Positions 33,437 through 42,400 of a stretch of DNA of 49,755 bases are shown piece by piece; positions within the stretch are counted from its first letter, which is position 1, and each line of letters begins with the position of its first letter. The notes under the pieces are model-generated. The model ran no database searches. It was not told the DNA's origin and was given only the letters and a program-made list of their open reading frames with translations. The translations under genes and the position numbers were made by a program. The DNA comes from Candidatus Chisholmbacteria bacterium (GTDB lineage Bacteria > Patescibacteriota > Microgenomatia > UBA1400 > JACOWY01). The DNA lies in the NCBI GenBank assembly GCA_016176555.1, contig JACOWY010000002.1:1-49755 (forward strand), written 5' to 3'.

Positions 33437-34420
33437 TTACGGTTTCTTGGAGGTAAATTTTTCTTGGTAAAAATGGCCGATGAGAATTTCGGCGACGAGA
33501 ATGGTGGGAATGGAGAGGACGGCACCACCAATGCCGCCTAGGGTAAAGCCGGCAAGGAGCGCCATAATGGTAACAAGAGGATTAAAACCAATGGCGTGGT
33601 GCATGACATTGGGGGTAATGATTTGAGCCTCTACTTGTTGAACGATAAAGTAGAGTGCAGCTACACCAAGAGCGAGAGTTGGGGCGGTAGCCAAAGCAAT
33701 GATGACGGCGGGCACGGCGGAAACGAGCGGACCAATGTTGGGCATAATTTCAAGAAGAGCTGCTAAAATGGCCAGCGGCAGGGCGAAGTCAACCTTGAGG
33801 AGGGTAAGGCCAGCATAAGAAAGGAGGCCGACGAGGATCATAGAAAAAATTCTGCCTCTGACCCAGCGACCAAGTTGGTGTTCGATTTTGTCAACGATAG
33901 CTTCAGCTACCGTCTCGCTATCGCCAAAAGCGAAGGTTAAATGCTGTTTGAGTTTCCTGCGTTCGAGCAATAGATAAAAAGTGAACACCAGTACGCTAAA
34001 GACGACGATGACATTGGCGACGGCATTGAGAGCAAAGCGCAGGACGTTAGAAGGTAAAGACCCAAGTTGTTGAATGATGATTCTGGAGTCGACTCCCAAA
34101 ACGCCGAGATCGTTTAAGAGCCTGGGAGTGCTGTCGATGAGCCGAGAGGTTTGCTCAACCAGGGGCGGGATGAGAGCGGCAACAATACTTGAGAAAATGG
34201 CGATGACTAACCCATAAAACACGAGGATGGAAATGAAGCGGGGGATTTTAAAACGCTCAAAAAAGTCGACGCCAGGATTTAAGGCAGACATGAGGATGAC
34301 GGAAATGAAAACTAAGATGATGACGCCACGAATTTGATACAGTAACCATAGACCAATGAGGAGGGAGACGGTAAAAATGACGGTGCGATGGGAAATTTCT
34401 ATTTTGTGGGCGTCATTCAT
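33437..34420 (-). CDS. AI-2E family transporter (PerM/UPF0118)
   Basis: 327 aa with 7-8 TM segments, and a typical LEIMPNIGPLVSAVPAVIIAL segment. Confidence 0.85.
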   Translation of the reverse strand: MNDAHKIEISHRTVIFTVSLLIGLWLLYQIRGVIILVFISVILMSALNPGVDFFERFKIPRFISILVFYGLVIAIFSSIVAALIPPLVEQTSRLIDSTPRLLNDLGVLGVDSRIIIQQLGSLPSNVLRFALNAVANVIVVFSVLVFTFYLLLERRKLKQHLTFAFGDSETVAEAIVDKIEHQLGRWVRGRIFSMILVGLLSYAGLTLLKVDFALPLAILAALLEIMPNIGPLVSAVPAVIIALATAPTLALGVAALYFIVQQVEAQIITPNVMHHAIGFNPLVTIMALLAGFTLGGIGGAVLSIPTILVAEILIGHFYQEKFTSKKP

Positions 34421-34438
34421 GGTTCAATGGTTTAAGTG

Positions 34439-35470
34439 TCAATGTAGTTTAGGGTACCAGTTTTTTATTTCGGCCACAACTTTGTTTGGGTAGCCAACTT
34501 CACTGACGTCAGACCAGTGAATTTTTTGGGTTTTTCTAAACCAGGTGAGTTGGCGGCGAGCATATTGTTTTTCAGAGGTGACCCAGAGTTTAAGCGCTGC
34601 CTTTTGACTCAATTTTCCTTCTAGATATGCTCTCCAAAATTGGTAGCCGGTAGCAGAAAAGGCTGGGAGTTGTTGCCAATTGCTATATTGCCTGATTAGG
34701 GTCCGCACTTCTTGGTCCATGTTCTTTCCTGCTCTTTTTCTAACCCTTTCTTCTATCAAAGCATCGAGGGTTTTTTGGGGGGCAACTAAGCCTATCCACA
34801 AGGGGTTATATGTAGGGCTCGTAACCTTAGGTGGTGGGTGGTGGCGGAGATAGAGAGCAACTTCTATGCTTCTCACGAGACGGCGAGGGTTGTTTTTATC
34901 TGAAGAGTTTAATTGATTAAAGTGCTTTCGATTCACCTTTTTTAATTCCTGCTGCAACTCAGTGACACTTTTTGATCCTAGAGTTTGGCGGAGGGTTTTA
35001 TTTTGGGGGATAAAAATAGTCTGCGGACTTTTGAGAAGACTATTAATGTATAGGCCGGTGCCGCCAACAATGATGGACAGCTTATTTCTTCTTTGGATGT
35101 CATTTATGACCGCTGATGCAATGCGGACAAAATGGCTAACGCTAAACTCCTGATTGGGCTTGGCAAGATCGTAGCCCCAGATTTTCGTGCCGTTACCATA
35201 AAACGGAATTTTTTTATTTTTATTTTGAGCTGGCGAAAAAGAGCGGCCGATCCCGCCGCTTGAGGCGGGGGAGGCGTAGCTATATTTGATATTTGATATT
35301 TGATATTTGATATTCCGAGGGATGTCTTTGCCCGTGCCGACATTCATACCTTTATACACCTGCCGTGAGTCAGCAGAGATAATTTCACCGGAAAACTTAT
35401 GAGCGAGTTTGAGGGCGAGGGAGGTTTTGCCGGTGGCGGTGGGGCCGCAAATGATGAGAACTTGACGCAT
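34439..35470 (-). CDS. miaA: tRNA dimethylallyltransferase
   Basis: P-loop GPTATGKTSLALKLA, plus SADSRQVYKGMNVGTGK and IIVGGTGLY. It carries an about 35-aa repeat-derived insert. Confidence 0.9.
   Translation of the reverse strand: MRQVLIICGPTATGKTSLALKLAHKFSGEIISADSRQVYKGMNVGTGKDIPRNIKYQISNIKYSYASPASSGGIGRSFSPAQNKNKKIPFYGNGTKIWGYDLAKPNQEFSVSHFVRIASAVINDIQRRNKLSIIVGGTGLYINSLLKSPQTIFIPQNKTLRQTLGSKSVTELQQELKKVNRKHFNQLNSSDKNNPRRLVRSIEVALYLRHHPPPKVTSPTYNPLWIGLVAPQKTLDALIEERVRKRAGKNMDQEVRTLIRQYSNWQQLPAFSATGYQFWRAYLEGKLSQKAALKLWVTSEKQYARRQLTWFRKTQKIHWSDVSEVGYPNKVVAEIKNWYPKLH
35222..35314 (-). repeat. hairpin-repeat family copy plus (ATATTTG)x4.7 microsatellite inside miaA
   Basis: The minus-strand sequence CTACGCCTCCCCCGCCTCAAGCGGCGGGATCGGCCGCTCTTTTTCGCCAGCTCAAAAT (35280 down to 35222) matches the intergenic copies at 40784-40839 and 10124-10171. 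The 7-mer tract is at 35282-35314. Confidence 0.85.
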
Positions 35471-35476
35471 GCTCGC

Positions 35477-36691
35477 TTAGACGATATAGGGGCGATTGGC
35501 GAAGTTTTGTCGGTTGATTAAGTGGTCAAGCACAAGCCAACGGCGTTTTTTTTCAGCAGGGGTAATGTCGTCAGGGTAAATGCGCCACGAAGCAGTGCCG
35601 GGACGAGGCGAGTAGCGAGCGACAAACCCGACTTTCCAGTCAACTTTTTTGGCCAGCGAGACGGTAGCCAGAAAGTCTTTTTTGGTTTCGCCAGGAAAGC
35701 CGACGATAATGTCGGTGCCTAAAACCACTTCGGGAATTTTGGCGCGGATTTTTTTGACTAACTCTAGGTAACTTTCCCGGGTGTATCCCCGATTCATTTT
35801 CTTTAACATTTTGTTGCTGCCTGATTGGATGGGTAAGTGAATGAAGCGATCAATTTTGGGGTTTGAGGCAATTTCATCAATCAGTTCATCGTAAAAATCC
35901 CACGGGTTACTAGTGAGAAAGCGGATTTTGGTAATGCCTTTGATGCGGGAGATTTTCTGTAAAAGCATGACAAAGGGGGGAGTACCATCGGGTTTTAAAT
36001 ATTGACTCTGATTGGTGGGCAAATCGCTTCTGGCGAATTTTTTGTCTTTATCCATGAGGAGCTTGCGGAAACCGATGCCAACTTTTTCCAGACCCCACGA
36101 ATTGACGTTCATGCCCAAGAGCGTTATTTCTTTATAGCCTTGGAGGGCGAGGTCTTTGACTTCTTTGAGGATTTCAGTCATCGAGCGAGATTTTTCGCGG
36201 CCGCGGGAGTAGGGCACGATGCAAAAGGTACAGAAACTGTTACAACCGGTGGAAATGGGTACCCAAGCGTGCTGCTTGTCGCGACGCACAGCGGCCTGAT
36301 TAAAACCGACTTCACCAATGGGGAGGATCTCGTCAACCATGGGCAATAACTCATAGAGTTTTTGTTGGCCGTGGTGGGTCATGCAGCCGGTGAGAATGAT
36401 TTTGGGTTTTCGGCTAGAGGCTTCATCCAGAGGATGATAGGCTTTTGGCCTAGATCGGCCCTTGGCCGAGGGGTGATTTTCAAAATGATTTTGGACATTG
36501 AGTAAAAATCCTCTAGCTCGATCCTCGGCGCTTTGGCGGACGGCGCAGGTATTGACGACGATTTCCGAAGCTTTCTGCCAGTTATTTATTTCTCGGTATC
36601 CTCTAGCTTCGTAGTCGCCGGCGATGCGTTCAGAATCAGACTTATTCGATTGACAGCCAAAGGTTTTGATGAAGTATGTTTGTTGCATCAT
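35477..36691 (-). CDS. miaB: MiaB/RimO-family radical SAM methylthiotransferase
   Basis: UPF0004 N-terminal domain (FGCQSN, VVNTCAV, GCM) and radical SAM motif CNSFCTFCIVP. It is adjacent to miaA. Confidence 0.8.
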   Translation of the reverse strand: MMQQTYFIKTFGCQSNKSDSERIAGDYEARGYREINNWQKASEIVVNTCAVRQSAEDRARGFLLNVQNHFENHPSAKGRSRPKAYHPLDEASSRKPKIILTGCMTHHGQQKLYELLPMVDEILPIGEVGFNQAAVRRDKQHAWVPISTGCNSFCTFCIVPYSRGREKSRSMTEILKEVKDLALQGYKEITLLGMNVNSWGLEKVGIGFRKLLMDKDKKFARSDLPTNQSQYLKPDGTPPFVMLLQKISRIKGITKIRFLTSNPWDFYDELIDEIASNPKIDRFIHLPIQSGSNKMLKKMNRGYTRESYLELVKKIRAKIPEVVLGTDIIVGFPGETKKDFLATVSLAKKVDWKVGFVARYSPRPGTASWRIYPDDITPAEKKRRWLVLDHLINRQNFANRPYIV

Positions 36692-36744
36692 ATCTTCTTA
36701 CTATTACTATTACTATTTTACCAGGTGAGACTTCCATGGCTTTG

Positions 36745-36778
36745 CACAACTACCACACACTGTAGCGTGGTAGTTGTG
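36745..36778. terminator. perfect 12-bp hairpin directly after the HAD gene stop
   Basis: CACAACTACCAC-ACACTGTAGC-GTGGTAGTTGTG. There is no U-tract on the minus strand, so its function as a terminator is uncertain. Confidence 0.35.
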
Positions 36779-36779
36779 T

Positions 36780-37544
36780 TTATTGATTGAGGATGAATTT
36801 TTCGATGACGGTGGCCACGCCGTCTTCGTCAACTGACGGGGCGACAAAGTCGGCGATGGCTTTGAGCTCTGGGACGGCGTTGCCCATGGCGATTTTGAGA
36901 CCGCAAGCCATGAGGAGAGGGTAGTCGTTGTAGCCGTCGCCGACGCCGATGATTTCTTGGGGCTTAATTTTCAGTAATTTGGCAACGTGCACCATGGCAT
37001 GATGCTTGGTAGCTTTGATGTCGGTAATATCGAATTCTGTCATTTGTTTATTTTCAGTTACCAAACGAGTTACGGCGACGTCGTTAATTGATGATAAATC
37101 TTTGAGTATGTTTTCGAATTGGGAGAAAGGAACATGGTGAAAGAAAATATTAATTAGCTTGGCGCTTAAAGCTTGGCGGGAGAACTGGAAAGCTGGGATG
37201 CAAAAACCATCATTGGCCAAGGCGACCAATTTATATTTTTTGGCTACAGTATAAATCTTCTCTTTTGCAGGCTTCGATATAGGTTTGAGCCAGACTGTTT
37301 TTAGCGTCCGCGAGTGAGCGATTTGAGGGCCACCTAGAAAAATCGAGTACCCGTTGGCATTAATTGTTTCTAAGATATGACGCGTTTTATAGATGGGACG
37401 GCTAGTGGCCACGCCGATGCGGATAAGTTTTTTGGCTTTTTTGAGAGCCGCCAGAACCTTTGGAGATGGATTTCCGGCTTTTTCCATATCTCCTTGGGGG
37501 CACAAGGTGCGGTCGACATCCATCATGATGGCTTTGTATTTCAT
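36780..37544 (-). CDS. Cof-type HAD-IIB family hydrolase
   Basis: IMMDVDRTL (DxD motif), GVATSR, and GVGDGYNDYPLL. Confidence 0.8.
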   Translation of the reverse strand: MKYKAIMMDVDRTLCPQGDMEKAGNPSPKVLAALKKAKKLIRIGVATSRPIYKTRHILETINANGYSIFLGGPQIAHSRTLKTVWLKPISKPAKEKIYTVAKKYKLVALANDGFCIPAFQFSRQALSAKLINIFFHHVPFSQFENILKDLSSINDVAVTRLVTENKQMTEFDITDIKATKHHAMVHVAKLLKIKPQEIIGVGDGYNDYPLLMACGLKIAMGNAVPELKAIADFVAPSVDEDGVATVIEKFILNQ

Positions 37545-37595
37545 AGATGTAGAAGCGGAAGGACGCGGATTTGAGACGCGGAATTCCGCAGATCA

Positions 37596-38372
37596 TCAGC
37601 TTGAAGCTGAGGAATACTTGGTGAGGGCGAAGCGCCAGAGAATGAGGCTTAAGAAGAACGAGGCGATGGCGATGGCGATGGATATGAGCGCAGTCTGGAT
37701 GCTGACTAAGCCTAAGAAGGCTTTGGCGGGGATGGTGTAGGCAATGCCGATAGGAATGATGAAGGTGAGAAAAGTGCGGATGGAGCTGCCGTAGATGTCG
37801 ATGGGGACTCTGGCCATGGCGGAGAGATCGCGATAGATCATCATGGTGTGATCGACTTCGGTGGTGAGCACCCCCAAAGCAGCCACGGCAATGTGCACGG
37901 CGGTGATAACGACTAAACCCGCCAGAGTTAAGGCCACAAATAATCCCCAAGGAATGGGGGCAAAGGCAGCGGCGTTTTTAGCCAGATAAATGATGATGAG
38001 AATAAAAAGAGGCAGATCGAGAATGTCGGTCTGGCGAGTGAGAGCTTGGAAGAGGGCGCTCATGGGTTTGGTGAGGCGAAAGTCAAATTCGCCGGTGACG
38101 ACTTGTTGGCGAAACCAATAAATGCCGCGGAAAAAAATTTGGCCAAACATATCGAGAAGATTAAACAGGAGAAAGAAAATGATCATTTGATTGAGGCTGT
38201 AGCCGGTGGTGCTACTCACCCGATCGCCAATGACTATTAGAAGGACGAGGAAAAAGCCGAAGCGAATCAGTTTGCCGGTAATAAAAAGAATAGCCCCGAA
38301 CCTTTGGGTGAGATTCGATTGAGTGGAGAGTGAGGCCGATTTGAGCCAAACGATGAAGTATTTGCGCAGCAT
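37596..38372 (-). CDS. ABC-2 family transporter permease
   Basis: 258 aa with 6 TM segments. Third gene of the ATPase-permease-permease operon. Confidence 0.65.
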   Translation of the reverse strand: MLRKYFIVWLKSASLSTQSNLTQRFGAILFITGKLIRFGFFLVLLIVIGDRVSSTTGYSLNQMIIFFLLFNLLDMFGQIFFRGIYWFRQQVVTGEFDFRLTKPMSALFQALTRQTDILDLPLFILIIIYLAKNAAAFAPIPWGLFVALTLAGLVVITAVHIAVAALGVLTTEVDHTMMIYRDLSAMARVPIDIYGSSIRTFLTFIIPIGIAYTIPAKAFLGLVSIQTALISIAIAIASFFLSLILWRFALTKYSSASS

Positions 38373-38449
38373 AAATGAGTAATGAGTAAGAAGTAATGAG
38401 TAATGAGTTTAGTTAATTCATTATTTCTTATTTCCTAATCATTATTTCC

Positions 38450-39265
38450 TCAACGGCCAAAGGCGGCGTAGACTTTAAGACCTTTTTGCCAGAGGAATTG
38501 GCCAATTATATATAAAACGATGATCCAAAATACTAAAACAGTGTAGCCGGTAGCGATTTCTTCGTCCCCTAAGCGCTCGAGATAAATTTGCATGGGGAAA
38601 TAAATAAAGTAGGCAGTGGGAAGGCTGATGAGGATTTTGGCAAATAGGGGGGGGAGAATATCTAGTGGAAAGAGGGAACCCGCTAACGATTCGACGATGA
38701 CAAAACTTAAAAATCTTTGGGCCCAGCCGTTGTATTGGTAATACCAAAAGGTAGTCATGCTGATAATAAAACTGAACATAAAAAAGAGTGCGGTAGCAAG
38801 CGAGACACTGAGCGCAAACAGAAACCAAGTGGAGGGATGCTGGGGAAAGATGATGGGGGGCTTGAGGATGAGGTAGAGCAGCACGAGCTCGACGATGGCG
38901 AAGGCGATGTTGAGGGCTTTGTCCGCAATATCCCGAGCTGCCCAGTAGACAAAGTAGTTGAGAGGTTTGATGAGAAAGTTGTTGAGGTCGCCGGTGGCGA
39001 TATCGACCTGAGAGTCGATAGAGCGAACGGAGAGAACGATGGCCCGAATGAGGGAGGAGCCGAGAACATAAGTGAGGAGGGCCGCTTGAGAATAGGAGAA
39101 GATTGATTCCTTTGGCCCGGAAACTGCCAACCAAAGAAAATACAAGGTGAGGAGTTGCACGACGTTGCGGACGCGCCACATGATGAAATTGAAGCGATAG
39201 ACAAAACCGCTCTGCCAACTGATTTGGACTACTGACCAATATTTTTTGAGGACGCTGTAGTTCAT
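38450..39265 (-). CDS. ABC-2 family transporter permease
   Basis: 271 aa with 6 TM segments. 4-nt overlap with the ATPase gene stop. Confidence 0.65.
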   Translation of the reverse strand: MNYSVLKKYWSVVQISWQSGFVYRFNFIMWRVRNVVQLLTLYFLWLAVSGPKESIFSYSQAALLTYVLGSSLIRAIVLSVRSIDSQVDIATGDLNNFLIKPLNYFVYWAARDIADKALNIAFAIVELVLLYLILKPPIIFPQHPSTWFLFALSVSLATALFFMFSFIISMTTFWYYQYNGWAQRFLSFVIVESLAGSLFPLDILPPLFAKILISLPTAYFIYFPMQIYLERLGDEEIATGYTVLVFWIIVLYIIGQFLWQKGLKVYAAFGR

Positions 39266-40167
39266 TCTTTACCCGAAAAGATCTCGCGAATGATGGCTTC
39301 GATGGGTGGCTCTTCGATAGTGAGGTCGGCGACGGGAAATTCTTTGAGAAGGGTTGAGGCTTTTTGAGACGTGTCTTGGCGCTTGACATTAATGACTGCC
39401 TGAGGAAATTGATATGAGGTGACCTCGCCTAATTCGGCCAATTTTCTTTGATTGGGCTCTGCTCCAAAGGTGACGGTGAGGATTTTGTTGCGGGCGTACT
39501 TGTCGATGACGGCCGAGAGCTTCCCGTCGTAGAGAATTTTACCGGTGTCAATGATGATGATTCTTTTGGCGAGCTCTTTGACATCATCCATATAGTGGGA
39601 GGTTAAGATAATGGTGGCTTCAAATTTTTCGTTGTAAGTTTTGATGAAGTCCCGCATGACTTTTTGCATGACGACGTCCAAGCCAATGGTGGGCTCGTCG
39701 AGGAAAAGAACTTTGGGGTTGTGTAAGAGGGCGGCGACGAGCTCACACTTCATCCTTTGGCCTAAGGAAAGTTTGCGCACGGGCACGGTGAGAATTTTGC
39801 TGATGTCCAGGAGTTTGACGAGTTCGGAGACAGTCTTGTGGTATGCGGCGTCTTCGATTTCATAGATTTCCTTATTGAGAAGAAATGTTTCTTGGGGGGG
39901 TAAATCCCACCATAATTGGTTTTTTTGGCCCATGACCAGGGCGAACTGTTTTTGGAAGGCCCTTTTTCTCTGCCAAGGTGTAAACCCCAAAACTTTTACT
40001 TGGCCGCTTGAGGGATATAAGAGCCCCGAAAGCACTTTGAGGGTAGTAGTTTTGCCTGCACCGTTGGGGCCGATAAAGCCGACGAGCTCGCCTTCTTTGA
40101 TGGAGAAAGAGATATTATTGACTGCTTTGACGGTTTCGTACTTTCGATTGAGGAGCGATTTTATGTT
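39262..40167 (-). CDS. ABC transporter ATP-binding protein (5' end atypical or truncated)
   Basis: Walker A GPNGAGKTTT is encoded at 40045-40071, upstream of the track start (GTG at 40035). Signature LSLGQRM and Walker B LFLDEPT are present. The frame is open only to 40167 and has no ATG, GTG or TTG. Confidence 0.8.
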   Translation of the reverse strand, partial: NIKSLLNRKYETVKAVNNISFSIKEGELVGFIGPNGAGKTTTLKVLSGLLYPSSGQVKVLGFTPWQRKRAFQKQFALVMGQKNQLWWDLPPQETFLLNKEIYEIEDAAYHKTVSELVKLLDISKILTVPVRKLSLGQRMKCELVAALLHNPKVLFLDEPTIGLDVVMQKVMRDFIKTYNEKFEATIILTSHYMDDVKELAKRIIIIDTGKILYDGKLSAVIDKYARNKILTVTFGAEPNQRKLAELGEVTSYQFPQAVINVKRQDTSQKASTLLKEFPVADLTIEEPPIEAIIREIFSGKE

Positions 40168-40394
40168 TTATTACAAGACAGCCGAATACCACGTTCATGT
40201 AAACTGAACGTGGATGAAGGCGGTCTTAATAGCATGATCCGCCAACTGGCGGAGAATACAAAGCGTAACATACTTCTTCTCTCGAAGAGAGAATATCTAC
40301 TCCTTCGGCCGATGTTACTGACGTAATACCCCGGCCTCTCAGGCCGGGGAAGTTTATTCAGGCTCGGACGAGAGCGAAAGAGTCACAACGAAGA

Positions 40395-40669
40395 CTACCA
40401 AACAGATTTCTTGAGCGGTTTACCGGGCTTAAATAGGACCACACCATGGCCTTTGATGGTTTGACGTTTTTCTTCCATGCCGAAGGGCACGACTTGTTTG
40501 TCTTTGACCCGGGAGCGGACAAAAGTGCCAAAGCCAGAGATAACTACTTTTTCGCCTTTCTTGACGCTTCTTTGGATTTCATCAAACACGGCTTCAACTG
40601 CTTCCAGGCTAGCTTTCTTGGTGAGGTGGGCTTTTTTGGAGATGATGCTGATGAGTTGTGATTTGGTCA
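40395..40669 (-). CDS. hup: HU family DNA-binding protein
   Basis: MTKSQLISIISKKAHLTKKASLEAVEAVFDEI...GFGTF...KPGKPLK. The ATG at 40669 is preferred over the TTG at 40679. Confidence 0.85.
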
Positions 40670-40783
40670 TTCTAAACAACTAATCTTGACTACACAGGTT
40701 TTACCATGTAAGTGCCTATAGTTCAAGTTATTTTAAAAGTGAGATCTAGAAATTGGTTGTATGGAGAATGGAAATTAGTAATA

Positions 40784-40839
40784 GCTACGCCTCCCCGGCA
40801 GCTGCCGGATCAGCCGCTCTTTTTCGCGAGGCTCAAAAT
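40784..40839 (+). repeat. hairpin-repeat family copy
   Basis: GCTACGCCTCCCCGGCAGCTGCCGGATCAGCCGCTCTTTTTCGCGAGGCTCAAAAT, flanked by GGAAATT-type periodic tracts. Confidence 0.8.
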
Positions 40840-40888
40840 GGAAATTGGAGATTGGAAAGTAGCTAGATTCTATACAGCCAATTTCTAA

Positions 40889-42400
40889 CTAGGTGGCGGT
40901 TTCGCTGGCACGGACTTCGCGAATGACGTTGATTTTGACGACGCCAGGGTAGGTGAGCTCTGTTTGGATTTTTTGTTTGAGATCGTGGGCCAGCTTAGTA
41001 GTTTCGCTGTCCGAGATTTTCTCGGGATTGACTAAAACTCTAATCTCTCTGCCGGCTTGGATGGCGTAGGCTTCTGAGATGCCGGCGAAAGATTTGGCGA
41101 CTTCCTCAAGCTTGGTAAGGCGTTTGACGTATTCTTCATAATCTTCGTAGCGGGCCCCGGGACGAGCGCCGGAAATGGCGTCGGCGATGTAGACGAGAAC
41201 GGCTTCGTTGGAGGTGAAGGCCGTGTCTTCGTGGTGTTGGGCGACGCAGTCGATGACTTCTTGAGGGAGATTATATTTTTTGAGGAGCTTGATGCCGAGC
41301 TCGACGTGACTGCCTTCTTCGTCGCTCACCACTTTGCCGATGTCGTGAAGGAGGCAACCAAGGCGAACGGTGTCGACGTTGGCCCCGACTTCTCGAGCGA
41401 GAGAGAGGCCAATTTTCGTTTCCTCCAGGGTGTGGGAAATCATGTTTTGGCCGTAGGAGGAGCGGAATTTAAAGCGGCCGAGGATAGTTAGAAGTTCACG
41501 GGGAAGGGAATAGACGCCGACGGCGTGGGCGAGTTTTTTGCCTTCTTCGAACATGATGCGCTCGACTTCGTTTTTGGCTTTGGCGACGTATTCCTCGATG
41601 CGACTGGGTTGAATCCGGCCATCAGCGATGAGGCGTTCTAAGGCCAAGCGGGCAATTTCGCGGCGGACTGAATCGAAACTTGAGAGCCGCACTTCCCCTG
41701 GGGTTTCGTCCATATCGAGGTCGACACCAGTGGCTCTCTCAAAGGTGCGAATGTTTCTGCCTTCCTTGCCGATGATCCGACCTTTAACATCTTCATCAGG
41801 GATTTTGACGGCGGAGACGGTGTATTCGGCCACGTAGTCGGTGGCGCCGTGCTTCATGGCGTCGACTAAAATATTTTGGGCTTGGCTTTCGGCTTCTTCT
41901 TTGGCTTTATCTTCGGCGTCGCGGATGCGGCGGGCAGTTTCTTCGGCGATTTCCCGGTCGATTTGAGTGAGGAGTTCTTTTTTAGCTTCTTCACGAGTAA
42001 ATGAAGCCACTTTTTCGAGCTTGGCAATGCCTTTTTTCTTGATTTCCCTGAGTGACTCGCGCTCGGCCTCAATTTCTTCTTTGAGCTGTCTCACTTCTTC
42101 GAGGCGTTCGTCGGCGTGACGGAGTTTTTCGTTGAGCACGGCTTCGGCTGCGCCGATTTGGCGGGTTTTAGTGGTGACTTCTTGGCGAAGGCTCGCTAAT
42201 TCGCGGTCGGTAAGCTCACGGAGTTTCAAGGCCTCGTCTTTGGCTTGAAAAATAATTTCATGAGCTTGGGCCTGGGCTTGGGCTAACAGAGCTGGGGCAG
42301 CTGGGGCAATTTTGGCTTTGGAGCTGGGTTGGGGTTTGGGAGAGGGGGCGGCAGCTTTTTTAGCGCTGAACCTCCTGGAGAAACTACTGAATAACGACAT
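40889..42400 (-). CDS. rny: ribonuclease Y
   Basis: Coiled-coil region, KH domain (GRIIGKEGRNIRTFE) and HD domain (LLHDIGK). The ATG at 42400 has AGGAGG 5 nt upstream, so the track start at 42433 is probably too long. Confidence 0.9.
   Translation of the reverse strand: MSLFSSFSRRFSAKKAAAPSPKPQPSSKAKIAPAAPALLAQAQAQAHEIIFQAKDEALKLRELTDRELASLRQEVTTKTRQIGAAEAVLNEKLRHADERLEEVRQLKEEIEAERESLREIKKKGIAKLEKVASFTREEAKKELLTQIDREIAEETARRIRDAEDKAKEEAESQAQNILVDAMKHGATDYVAEYTVSAVKIPDEDVKGRIIGKEGRNIRTFERATGVDLDMDETPGEVRLSSFDSVRREIARLALERLIADGRIQPSRIEEYVAKAKNEVERIMFEEGKKLAHAVGVYSLPRELLTILGRFKFRSSYGQNMISHTLEETKIGLSLAREVGANVDTVRLGCLLHDIGKVVSDEEGSHVELGIKLLKKYNLPQEVIDCVAQHHEDTAFTSNEAVLVYIADAISGARPGARYEDYEEYVKRLTKLEEVAKSFAGISEAYAIQAGREIRVLVNPEKISDSETTKLAHDLKQKIQTELTYPGVVKINVIREVRASETAT

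Noticed and set aside
37402-37950. A 182-aa His/Arg-rich ORF overlapping the HAD gene start and the second permease.
   Set aside because: It is an alternative frame of two well-supported genes, crosses an intergenic gap, and has no SD or recognisable domain.
38475-39389. A 304-aa same-strand alternative-frame ORF over the ABC-2 permease. ORFs 38755-39204(-) and 38717-39106(+) also overlap, so 4 of 6 frames are open for about 350 nt.
   Set aside because: The translations are low-complexity Ser/Pro/His/Arg strings with no motifs. The permease frame gives a coherent 6-TM protein with operon-consistent start and stop overlaps. The open frames are best explained by the composition of a T-rich membrane-protein gene.
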